From: Bacteroidales bacterium
Lineage (GTDB): Bacteria; Bacteroidota; Bacteroidia; Bacteroidales; GWA2-32-17
Length of the DNA: 64,000 nucleotides
Assembly: GCA_035371305.1 (NCBI GenBank)
Contig: DAOOWN010000001.1
Span: forward strand, 3,406-67,405
Direction: 5' to 3'
Position 1 is the first letter of the stretch, and each line of letters opens with the position of its first letter. A program made the translations under genes and the position numbers. The notes beneath the pieces were generated by a model that saw only the letters and a program-made list of their open reading frames with translations, was not told where the DNA came from and searched no databases. Positions 37,259 to 45,898 of this stretch are shown one piece after another.

Positions 37259-37337
37259 TCTAAAAATTTTAGTTCGTAAAAATATGCACTTTTTACGAAT
37301 GGAGATTTTAAAAAGTTTCGTTTATTTTGCACTAATT

Positions 37338-37703
37338 ATGAACAATTCGTCGCATTTAGATTTAGGAAAAAGAGGTGAGCAAATAGCCGTCAGTTATTTG
37401 GTCGAAAAAGAATATGAAATAGTAGAAACCCGATGGAAACATAAGCATAAAGAAATAGATATCATTGCTAAAAAAAACAGGACGTTGGTAGTGGTGGAAG
37501 TAAAAACCCGTAGCGATAATAAATATACACAACCCGAAGATGCTGTAGATATTAAAAAACAACGTTTTTTAACCGAAGCTATAGAGGCTTTTATTCAAAA
37601 TTATGTTGATTTTGACGAAATTCGTTTTGATATCATTGCTATCCTTTTAAAACAAAATGAATATACAATCTATCATATAGAAAATGCTTTTGAACCTGTT
37701 TAG
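37338..37703 (+). CDS. yraN: YraN family (UPF0102) endonuclease-like protein
   Basis: G.RGEQIAVSYL...YEIVETRWK....EIDIIAKK...LVVVEVKTR is the YraN signature. The alternative upstream ATG at 37284 would add 18 aa. Confidence 0.8.
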   Translation: MNNSSHLDLGKRGEQIAVSYLVEKEYEIVETRWKHKHKEIDIIAKKNRTLVVVEVKTRSDNKYTQPEDAVDIKKQRFLTEAIEAFIQNYVDFDEIRFDIIAILLKQNEYTIYHIENAFEPV

Positions 37704-37706
37704 CCT

Positions 37707-38156
37707 ATGAGAATATTGATTCAACGTGTAAATAATGCCAACGTAACCATAGAAAATAAAGTACATGCCGAAATAAAAAGAGGTTTGTTGGTTTTTGTCG
37801 GTATAGAAGATGCAGATGATGAGGAAGATGCTGCTTGGTTGGCAAAAAAACTTGTCAATCTTCGAATTTTTAACGATAACCAAGGGGTAATGAACCTGTC
37901 GGTTAAAGATATAGATGGCGATATCTTAGTTGTTAGTCAATTTACCTTACATGCTTTAACCAAGAAAGGCAATCGCCCATCTTATATTAAAGCAGCCGCT
38001 CCTGAAAAAGCCATTCCATTATATGAGTGTTTTCAAAAAGAAATTGTAATGGAACTGGGGAAAAAAATAAAAACAGGTGTTTTTGGAGCCAACATGCAGA
38101 TTTCGTTGGTTAACGATGGCCCAGTTACGATTTGGATAGATAGTAAAAATAAATAA
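37707..38156 (+). CDS. dtd: D-aminoacyl-tRNA deacylase
   Basis: MRILIQRV..A.V, GLLVFVGI, LRIF.D, VVSQFTL.A.TKKGNRPS. Length 149 aa. Confidence 0.93.
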   Translation: MRILIQRVNNANVTIENKVHAEIKRGLLVFVGIEDADDEEDAAWLAKKLVNLRIFNDNQGVMNLSVKDIDGDILVVSQFTLHALTKKGNRPSYIKAAAPEKAIPLYECFQKEIVMELGKKIKTGVFGANMQISLVNDGPVTIWIDSKNK

Positions 38157-38215
38157 TTTTTATAAAGACATTTTTTTATAAATATCAGTTGTATTGTTTT
38201 TTGTAAATAGTTCAT

Positions 38216-38223
38216 TAAATTTG
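38216..38223 (+). promoter_or_regulatory. Candidate -7 box (TAAATTTG)
   Basis: Exact TAnnTTTG, 21 nt upstream of the ATG at 38245. It lies inside the longer track ORF, which supports the MMKILL start. Confidence 0.4.
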
Positions 38224-38244
38224 AGCATAATAAAAACCATTAAA

Positions 38245-40521
38245 ATGATGAAAATTTTATTGCCATTGCTATTTATATTTTTTTTTATTGAAACCTATAA
38301 CCAAAATATTGAAGTTTATAGAAACAAAATACCTTGTAAAACAGACTCTTGCTTAATTGATTATCTTAATAAACTTGCGGTTGATAGTTCAAAAATAAAT
38401 CCCGAATTTTCTTATCAAATTGCTTTAAAAGCAACTTCACTTTCAAGAAAATCAAAATATAAACAAGGTTTATTACATTCTATTTATAATATTGCTTATT
38501 ATTATATGTCTCAATATCGCTCAAAAGAAGCGATTGATTTAACAAAAATTGTGATAGATTTAGCTAAACGACTAGATGATAAACTTTATCTTGCTAAAAG
38601 TTATAATTTATTAGGAATTTGTATTAGCGATACTGGAAATTACAAAGGATCATTAGAATATTACAAATTGTCATTGATGTATGCTAAACAGATTAATGCG
38701 TTTGATGTTTCTGCTTTAGCATATATTAATAGTGGTGTTTCGTATTATTATTTATCTGATTACGAAAAATCAGCAGAAAATTATTTAAAAAGTTTACGAA
38801 TATTCGAACTTCAAAAAGATACGGCTAAAACAATTCAGGTGTTAAATAATTTAGCGGCGGTTTATTCGTCTAATAAATCAAGCAAAGAAGCCATAAAAAC
38901 GATAAAAAAATCATTAGCATTGGCATTAAAATATCCGAATAAATTATACTTGGCCGATAGCTACAATAACCTCTTTGCAGAATATTTTCGGCTCGATAGT
39001 TTGGATAAGGCGATTTATTACTTAGATAAAGCGTTGCTTATATACAAAAAGAACAACGATATGCGAAACTTGGCTATGATATATAATAACTACTCATCTG
39101 TATATACAAAAAAAAATCAGTTGAATGAAGCGCTAGATTATGCAAAAAAAGCACTCTATTGTATTCGTAATACCGATTTAACGTCCGAAGAAGCATTTTA
39201 TATACATACGTTGGCAAACACTTATAGCCAAATGAATAATTATGATTTGGCAATAAAATATGCATTAGAAAGCCTTGAAAAAGCCCAAAAAACGAATAAT
39301 TACGACATCATTTTAAAATGTTCGGAACTCTTAGCAAAAACGTATTTCCAAAAACAACAATATAAAGAGGCAACGTCGTATTACGCAAACTATACAACAC
39401 TAAAAGACAGCTTATATAAAGTAGAGTTTGAAAACAATATTGCCGAAATGTCTGCAAAATACGAAGTTGAAAAAAAAGAAAAAGAACTTGTTCAGAAAAA
39501 TTTTGAAATAGAAAAGCAGGAAAAAAATAATAAAATACAGCGTCTTTTTCGAAATATGCTTCTAATAGGATTACTTTCATTGCTTTTAGTGAGTTTACTT
39601 GTTTATAGAGGTTATCGGCTAAAAAAGAAAGCAAACATTGTTATTTTAGAGAAAAATAAGCAGCTTGAGTATGCAAATGAAGAAATTAATGCTCAGAAGC
39701 GTGAAATTGAAGCTCAGCGTGACGTTGTTTTACAACAAAAACTCCATATCGAAATGATTCACAAAGACCTTAAAGACAGTATAAATTATGCCGAGCGAAT
39801 ACAGCGTAGTTTTTTGGCAACAGACACTATTTTATCGAAAATGTTTACAAATTATTTTGTTGTATTTATGCCTAAAGATGTGGTTAGTGGCGATTTTTAT
39901 TGGGCTTCTAACGATGCCAACGGAGATTTTGTTTTAGTAACGGCAGATTGTACCGGTCATGGAGTGCCGGGAGCTATTATGAGTATATTGATAATAAAAA
40001 CATTGGAACAAGCTATTGAGAAAGGATATACCCATCCGTCAGATATTTTTAATTATACTCGAAAACAAATTATACATCGCTTAAAATATGACGGTTCAGA
40101 AGAAGGAGGTAAAGATGGTATGGATGCTAATATTATTTCGATTTCAATGAATAAAAATAAAATTATTTATGCTGCAGCAAACAATCCGATTTGGATCTAT
40201 AGAGATGAAAATATTATTGAATTAGAAACAGATAGAATGCCGGTTGGAAAGCATGATAAAGAAAATATTCCTTTCATGGAATACGAATTTGAAATGCAGA
40301 AAAACGACATTGTTTATACATTTACCGATGGTTTTGCTGACCAATTTGGAGGTCCAAAAAATAAAAAATTTACTTACAAACGTTTAAAAGAATCCATTAT
40401 AGCAAATGCCAATAAGCCAATGGAAGAACAAAAAGTGATATTTGAACAAACATTTAAACAATGGAAACAGAACGAGGAACAAATAGATGATGTAACCATT
40501 ATTGGTTTTCGTCTTTCTTAG
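38245..40521 (+). CDS. Membrane-anchored TPR sensor with C-terminal PP2C/SpoIIE-type protein phosphatase domain
   Basis: Signal/TM at the N-terminus, about 9 TPR units, a coiled coil, a TM helix (MLLIGLLSLLLVSLLVY), then ERIQRSFL...SGDFYW...DCTGHGVPGA...DGMD..., typical of SpoIIE/RsbU phosphatases. Confidence 0.85.
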   Translation: MMKILLPLLFIFFFIETYNQNIEVYRNKIPCKTDSCLIDYLNKLAVDSSKINPEFSYQIALKATSLSRKSKYKQGLLHSIYNIAYYYMSQYRSKEAIDLTKIVIDLAKRLDDKLYLAKSYNLLGICISDTGNYKGSLEYYKLSLMYAKQINAFDVSALAYINSGVSYYYLSDYEKSAENYLKSLRIFELQKDTAKTIQVLNNLAAVYSSNKSSKEAIKTIKKSLALALKYPNKLYLADSYNNLFAEYFRLDSLDKAIYYLDKALLIYKKNNDMRNLAMIYNNYSSVYTKKNQLNEALDYAKKALYCIRNTDLTSEEAFYIHTLANTYSQMNNYDLAIKYALESLEKAQKTNNYDIILKCSELLAKTYFQKQQYKEATSYYANYTTLKDSLYKVEFENNIAEMSAKYEVEKKEKELVQKNFEIEKQEKNNKIQRLFRNMLLIGLLSLLLVSLLVYRGYRLKKKANIVILEKNKQLEYANEEINAQKREIEAQRDVVLQQKLHIEMIHKDLKDSINYAERIQRSFLATDTILSKMFTNYFVVFMPKDVVSGDFYWASNDANGDFVLVTADCTGHGVPGAIMSILIIKTLEQAIEKGYTHPSDIFNYTRKQIIHRLKYDGSEEGGKDGMDANIISISMNKNKIIYAAANNPIWIYRDENIIELETDRMPVGKHDKENIPFMEYEFEMQKNDIVYTFTDGFADQFGGPKNKKFTYKRLKESIIANANKPMEEQKVIFEQTFKQWKQNEEQIDDVTIIGFRLS

Positions 40522-41575
40522 TGTGTGTTCTTCTTATCCAGGGAGGGAGTAAAAAAATACCTAAAAATAAATACGGATAATAGCTTACCATTCTCCAGGC
40601 AAGGGCTAAAAGTGCAGCAAAACCAACCGGCACAAATACAGACAAGTAATCGGAAAAAACGGCTTCGGCAAATCCGCTGGCACCCGGACTGGGTAAAACC
40701 AGCATCATTACCCACATAATTAGCTGACGGGCAAATATTTCAAAATGTTCATAAAGGCTTATGCCATTATATTGTATATTTATTCCGGCTAGTAATGCTA
40801 GCAATAAAAAATTGACTACCCAGTAGCGGGCCGTCCATGAAATAAACGATGCTCCAAATGCTTTTAACCAAAACAAAATGGGTTTGCCTCTAAGTTCATT
40901 TGATGCAATGATTATATCATCGCCGGTGTGGGCTGCTTTTTCTTTCCACTTCTTTAAAAACCAAAGTTTAAAAATTCCTGTCAATATTTTTTTTAAGGAT
41001 TGTGGGTTTACAAAAAGACCATAGGCAATTAACAAATCAAAAATAAACTTAATGCCATATCCAATAAAAGCAAAATAAAGATAGTTATTGCTAAAAGCAG
41101 CAGTGCTCGAAAATAATTGTTGGATGCCAACTGAAAAAATAATGATGGGAAAGAGTAAAATAAAATATAGCTCATCTAAAAAGGCTGTTGCCATTACCAA
41201 AGCAGTGCTTTTGCCAAGCGAAACACCTTCTTTATAAATAAAATAGGTAGCAACGGTTGTTCCTCCAACAGCCGAAGGAGAAATGGCAGAAGCAAATTCC
41301 CAAAGCATTATAATGTAAAAAGTTTTTTTCCACGAAAGTTTCTTTTCACTCAATATTCGTAAGCGAATCATATAGCCAATATCGCGAAGAAACATCATGA
41401 AAAATGAAATGGCCACAAAAACAATAACAACATAAGTTATGTTAAAACTATTTACTGCTTGCTGATTCCAATCTTTGTATATTAAAAAGCCAACTATAGC
41501 CAAACCGATTAAAATAGGTAAAACAATTTTAATGGGCGAAATGCTTTTTAATATTTCGGGTTTGTTATTGCTCAT
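40499..41575 (-). CDS. Lysylphosphatidylglycerol-synthase-TM / flippase-like (UPF0104) membrane protein
   Basis: 8 predicted TM helices. The sequence pattern (..SPSAVGGTTVATYF.., ..PSPGASGFAE..) recalls the LPG_synthase_TM family. No C-terminal aminoacyl-transferase domain. Confidence 0.7.
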   Translation of the reverse strand: MSNNKPEILKSISPIKIVLPILIGLAIVGFLIYKDWNQQAVNSFNITYVVIVFVAISFFMMFLRDIGYMIRLRILSEKKLSWKKTFYIIMLWEFASAISPSAVGGTTVATYFIYKEGVSLGKSTALVMATAFLDELYFILLFPIIIFSVGIQQLFSSTAAFSNNYLYFAFIGYGIKFIFDLLIAYGLFVNPQSLKKILTGIFKLWFLKKWKEKAAHTGDDIIIASNELRGKPILFWLKAFGASFISWTARYWVVNFLLLALLAGINIQYNGISLYEHFEIFARQLIMWVMMLVLPSPGASGFAEAVFSDYLSVFVPVGFAALLALAWRMVSYYPYLFLGIFLLPPWIRRTHTKKDENQ

Positions 41576-41620
41576 TTTTTTTTAGGTTAAAAGTAATTAT
41601 TTTTAAGCAAATTTTGAACG

Positions 41621-43978
41621 ATGAAAAAGACGAATCTTTTTGTTTTCTGTATTTTTATGCTCTTTAACGTTTATGTTTTGAGGGCATCACATAGTGATTC
41701 CATTGATGTCATTCATTACGATGTGCATTTGGAAATCACGGATTTTACTAATCAAATGATTAGCGGTTATGTTGAGCTTACAATCGTATCAAAAATAAAT
41801 TCATTAAATCAGGTTAATCTTGATTTACTCGAAATGGTCTTAGATAGTGTTACGTTAAACGATGTCAAGGTTCAAGGGATACAATACGATGATAGAACAC
41901 TACAAATACCGGTTGTTCCGGCAATTGGTATCCACGATACCATTCGGGTTGCGGTATTTTATTTCGGGCATCCACAGGAAGACCCCGGTTCAAGCCATTG
42001 GGGAGGGTTTAAGTGGACAGCCAACAGTGCATTTAATTTAGGGGTTGGATTTGAAGCTCAACCGCACGTTTTCGGCCGTTGTTGGATACCTTGCAACGAC
42101 GATTTTGAAGATAGGGCTACATACGATTTTTATATTAATGTAAATGCTGCATTAAATCATATGGCGGTTTGCAATGGCGAATTGGTCGATTTTCAAAACA
42201 CTTGCAGCGGAAAACGCCTTTGTCATTGGAGAATGAGAGACGAAATTCCGACTTATTTAGCCTCTGTTGCTGTAGCTCCTTATGTTTGTGTTACCGATAC
42301 ATTTAATGGAATGTTGGGACCAATACCTATCGATATATGGGTGTTAGAAGCAGATACGCTAAAAGCAAAAAATTCATTTATAAATCTTAAAAACGTTTTA
42401 CAACTATACGAAAGTAAATTTGGTCCATATCGTTGGCAAAGAGTGGGTTATGTTTCTGTCGATTTTTCGAGCGGTGCAATGGAACATGCAACCAATATAG
42501 CATATCCACGATTGGCTATTAATGGCAATACTACGTATGAAACACTCTATGCACACGAATTATTTCATCATTGGTTTGGCAATTTAATAACTTGCAGTAA
42601 AGCTGAAGAAATGTGGATAAATGAGGGTTGGGCAACGTTTAGTGAGTTTTTACACAACGAAACTTTTTCGGGCAATAATACTTATTTAGCTAATAAACGA
42701 GCAATGCAATACGATGTGTTGCATTATGCTCATATTGAAGATGGCGGATATTATGCACTAAATAACATACCCCAATCGAATACCTATGGTAAATCCTCAT
42801 ACGTCAAAGGAGCGTTGATGGTGTTAAATCTTCGACATTTTTTGGGCGATAGCTTGTTTTATACAGTTATGACCGACTATCTGGCTCATAGAGCTTTTCA
42901 AACCGTTACTTCCGAAGATATGCGAGATTATTTAGTTCAGTATGCCAATCCTAAAGTGCACGACTTTTTTGAAACCTATATTTTTACTCCGGGCTTCCCT
43001 CATTTTTCAGTGGATTCGTTTAAAGTAGAACAAGTTGGTTTACAAAACCGGCTTATCGTTTATTCTAAAGAAAAATTGAGAGGCAGAACTGCTTATTCGC
43101 CTTTTGCACAGACTGAAATAACCGCTTTAGATAGCTCATGGAATATGCGAACTTTTAGAATTACTCTTCGACAGGGATATGGTATAGATACTTTTTATAC
43201 TGATATTCTTCCAAGTTGCGTAATTACAGATTTATACGAAAGAGTAAACGATGCAACAACCGATCAATATAAAATAATAAAATCGGCTGCTGCTTATACG
43301 TTTGATAAATGTAATTTCAATGCTTCGGTCATATCTGTTAGCGATTCGGCGTTGGTTCGTGTTGAGAATAATTGGGTAGCGCCCGATGGATTTAAAACAC
43401 CCATTCCCGGTTTGTTTATTTCTAAAGAGCACTATTGGAGTATTCAGGGCATTTTTAATCAGAATTTTGTAATGAGAGGCAGGTTTCAGTATATAAAAAC
43501 AACAACACCCGAAGGTGGAGGATTAGATAATGAATTGATAACAAATAGTATTGACTCGTTAGTATTGCTTTATCGCCCCGATAGAGCTCACGATTGGCAA
43601 CTTATACCGTTTACTAAAACCGGAACACCGTATTCGGGTTATTTAGTGGCAGATTCGATTCGACAAGGCGAATATACTTTTGGAATGTGGAATTGGGCAG
43701 CTTGGAACGGTATGGGGCAGTTGTCAAAACCAAAGCACGAAATTAAAATTGTGCCGAATCCTACTACCGGCGATTTTTCGGTTTTCTATGCATTTAAACC
43801 GGAGACGAAAATTGAGGTTATTAGTGCCACCGGACAGGTAGTTTCAGCATTAACCGTAAAACAACAAACAGACCACTGTTTTTTATCCTTATTAAACAGT
43901 AAAAATGGTATTTATTGGATCCGAATAACTCAAGCTGCCGATGAGCCTGTGTTATCAAAAATATGTATAAATAAGTAA
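41621..43978 (+). CDS. T9SS cargo: M1 family zinc aminopeptidase with type-A CTD
   Basis: GAMEH (GAMEN variant), HELFHHWFGNLIT...WINEGWATF (HExxH-x18-E). Signal peptide. CTD is IKIVPNPTTGDFSV...VISATGQVV...KNGIYWIRI...KICINK. Confidence 0.88.
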   Translation: MKKTNLFVFCIFMLFNVYVLRASHSDSIDVIHYDVHLEITDFTNQMISGYVELTIVSKINSLNQVNLDLLEMVLDSVTLNDVKVQGIQYDDRTLQIPVVPAIGIHDTIRVAVFYFGHPQEDPGSSHWGGFKWTANSAFNLGVGFEAQPHVFGRCWIPCNDDFEDRATYDFYINVNAALNHMAVCNGELVDFQNTCSGKRLCHWRMRDEIPTYLASVAVAPYVCVTDTFNGMLGPIPIDIWVLEADTLKAKNSFINLKNVLQLYESKFGPYRWQRVGYVSVDFSSGAMEHATNIAYPRLAINGNTTYETLYAHELFHHWFGNLITCSKAEEMWINEGWATFSEFLHNETFSGNNTYLANKRAMQYDVLHYAHIEDGGYYALNNIPQSNTYGKSSYVKGALMVLNLRHFLGDSLFYTVMTDYLAHRAFQTVTSEDMRDYLVQYANPKVHDFFETYIFTPGFPHFSVDSFKVEQVGLQNRLIVYSKEKLRGRTAYSPFAQTEITALDSSWNMRTFRITLRQGYGIDTFYTDILPSCVITDLYERVNDATTDQYKIIKSAAAYTFDKCNFNASVISVSDSALVRVENNWVAPDGFKTPIPGLFISKEHYWSIQGIFNQNFVMRGRFQYIKTTTPEGGGLDNELITNSIDSLVLLYRPDRAHDWQLIPFTKTGTPYSGYLVADSIRQGEYTFGMWNWAAWNGMGQLSKPKHEIKIVPNPTTGDFSVFYAFKPETKIEVISATGQVVSALTVKQQTDHCFLSLLNSKNGIYWIRITQAADEPVLSKICINK

Positions 43979-43999
43979 TCGAAAAAGAAAGCGCCTTTA

Positions 44000-44461
44000 T
44001 TAATCTATTCCTATTTTTTCAAAATCCGGAATTTCTTTTAGCGTATGCCATTGCTGTCCGTCGTAATGACTGCAATAATGTGTTAAGCCATTGGTTATGA
44101 GCAAGTAGGGTGCTTGTTGATGAAGGTTGTACATGGCAGCTTGTCCAATGGTTTTGGGGCTTAGTTTTATGGTGGGAGCTTTGCACTCGCACAGCAATAA
44201 GGGCATAGACAAACGCGAAAAAGCAGCTACATCAATTCTGAATTGTTTTTGTTTTATGTTTATACCATATTCAACCTGAATGAGGCTTATTGGGTAATTC
44301 AAATAATCAATCAGAAATCGAATAAGATGTTGACGCACCCATTCTTCCGGGGTTAGAAGAATTTTTTTTTTGCGAATGATGTCGAATATATACCACTGTT
44401 GCTGGTGTTGTTCCAACGAAAAATCAAAAGTAGGGAAGTTAAGTGCCGGGAAGTTATTCAT
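44000..44461 (-). CDS. Stand-alone HsdR_N-like PD-(D/E)xK nuclease-fold protein
   Basis: ..EEWVRQHLI.FL......P..LI.VEY.I..... FRIDVAAF....PLLLCECKAP.. The D...E-x-K catalytic triad context is visible. Start taken at MNNFPA (44461) because its ATG overlaps the ruvC stop as ATGA. The track ORF starts at 44500. Confidence 0.65.
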   Translation of the reverse strand: MNNFPALNFPTFDFSLEQHQQQWYIFDIIRKKKILLTPEEWVRQHLIRFLIDYLNYPISLIQVEYGINIKQKQFRIDVAAFSRLSMPLLLCECKAPTIKLSPKTIGQAAMYNLHQQAPYLLITNGLTHYCSHYDGQQWHTLKEIPDFEKIGID

Positions 44462-45018
44462 GCCAATCGATCTTTGTTTTGTTGAATAAAATCTTTCCAC
44501 GAGCGTGGTTTTTTCTCGGTGTCTTTATAGTTGTTTTGATACGAATGGCAAACAGCGACTGCCAGTGCATCGGTTGCGTCGAGAAAGCGAGGAAGTTCGT
44601 CAAATTTTAGTATTTTTTGCAGCATGGCTGCCACCTGTTCTTTCGATGCATTGCCATTCCCGGTAAGGCTTTGTTTTATTTTTCGGGGTGAGTATTCATA
44701 AACGACCAAATGATGCGATAAAGCAGCCGCCATAGCAATTCCTTGCGCTCTTCCGAGTTTAAGCATCGATTGTACGTTTTTGCCAAAAAAGGGTGCTTCG
44801 ATAGCAAGTTCTTGTGGTTTAAACTCTTTAATGAGCATATCTACTCGTTCAAAAATGTGTTGAAGTCGGTCAAAATGTTCCGGATATTTTTTAAGTTCTA
44901 TAACGCCTAAAGTAACTAAGCTTGTTTGGTTGTTATTAATGCATATGAGGCCATAACCCATTATTTGAGTGCCGGGGTCAATGCCAAGAACTATTTTATC
45001 GTTAGTTGCCATGCTCAA
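44458..45018 (-). CDS. ruvC: Crossover junction endodeoxyribonuclease RuvC
   Basis: VLGIDPGT...GYG motif, E..FFGKN, LGRAQG, DATDALAVA.CH. Length 186 aa. Confidence 0.92.
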   Translation of the reverse strand: MSMATNDKIVLGIDPGTQIMGYGLICINNNQTSLVTLGVIELKKYPEHFDRLQHIFERVDMLIKEFKPQELAIEAPFFGKNVQSMLKLGRAQGIAMAAALSHHLVVYEYSPRKIKQSLTGNGNASKEQVAAMLQKILKFDELPRFLDATDALAVAVCHSYQNNYKDTEKKPRSWKDFIQQNKDRLA

Positions 45019-45898
45019 AGTTAGTTAATTCTTTCCATTTAGATATTAAAATGCCTATAGCAATGAGGACGAAGCCTATGATAGCCTGAAAAGTGATATG
45101 TTCACCCAAAATTCCGGTAATGAAAATTAATGAGATAAAAGGAGATAGAAATATGTAAACACTTATTTTGTCGGTTCTTGACGCGAGTTGAAGCGCCATT
45201 AGCCACAATAAAAATGTAATGCCCATTTCAAAAATTCCGATATAAAATGCAGCAAACATAGAGCCGCTGAACGAAAATCGGGGGAAGCCCATTATCAATG
45301 AAAAAATAACAATATAAAGACTTCCGAATAAAAAATTGATAAAAAGTTTATGAATTACAGGGCGTTCGTCTTTTATGTTTAATATCCAGTACCACGACCA
45401 AATTAAACTGCTTCCGGCAGCCAACGAAACACCGATAACATTGGATGAGCCAATAGAGTTGGTGTTGCCATTTGAAATAAAAAGGACTCCCGAAAACGAA
45501 ACCATGAGTGCTAAAAAAGAAGTCCACGAAAGTTTTTGACGAAGAAAAAAAGCCGAAAAAAATACTAAAACCACCGGCCATGTATAATTGAGGGGTTGTG
45601 CCATATATGCCGGCAGCAAACTATAGGCTTTGAGTAAAACCAAATAATATAAAAACGGATTAAGAGCTCCCATGAGCATAGAATAACGCCATTGCTTAAA
45701 AGAGATGTTAAAAGCTTGAAGAAATTCGTTTTTCAAAAGAAGAAAACATCCAAATATCAATGTGCTTACAATGGTAGAAATTAAAAGTAATTGGTAAAAC
45801 AATAATTCTCGAAGGGCTATTTTAAAGGCTGTTGCAACCGTACTCCAGAGCAAAACGGCAGACAAGGCGAGTAACGTAGCTTTTTGGTTCGATGTCAT
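45002..45898 (-). CDS. DMT superfamily (EamA-type) transporter
   Basis: 10 TM helices in two EamA-like halves (..LLWSTVATAFK.., ..LSPFISLIF..). Length 298 aa. Confidence 0.85.
   Translation of the reverse strand: MTSNQKATLLALSAVLLWSTVATAFKIALRELLFYQLLLISTIVSTLIFGCFLLLKNEFLQAFNISFKQWRYSMLMGALNPFLYYLVLLKAYSLLPAYMAQPLNYTWPVVLVFFSAFFLRQKLSWTSFLALMVSFSGVLFISNGNTNSIGSSNVIGVSLAAGSSLIWSWYWILNIKDERPVIHKLFINFLFGSLYIVIFSLIMGFPRFSFSGSMFAAFYIGIFEMGITFLLWLMALQLASRTDKISVYIFLSPFISLIFITGILGEHITFQAIIGFVLIAIGILISKWKELTNFEHGN

Noticed and set aside
44000-44461. Fragment of a type I restriction-modification system
   Set aside because: Only the N-terminal nuclease-like module is present. No helicase domain, hsdM or hsdS is anywhere in the window, and the gene is coupled to ruvC. 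It is treated as a stand-alone nuclease-fold protein.
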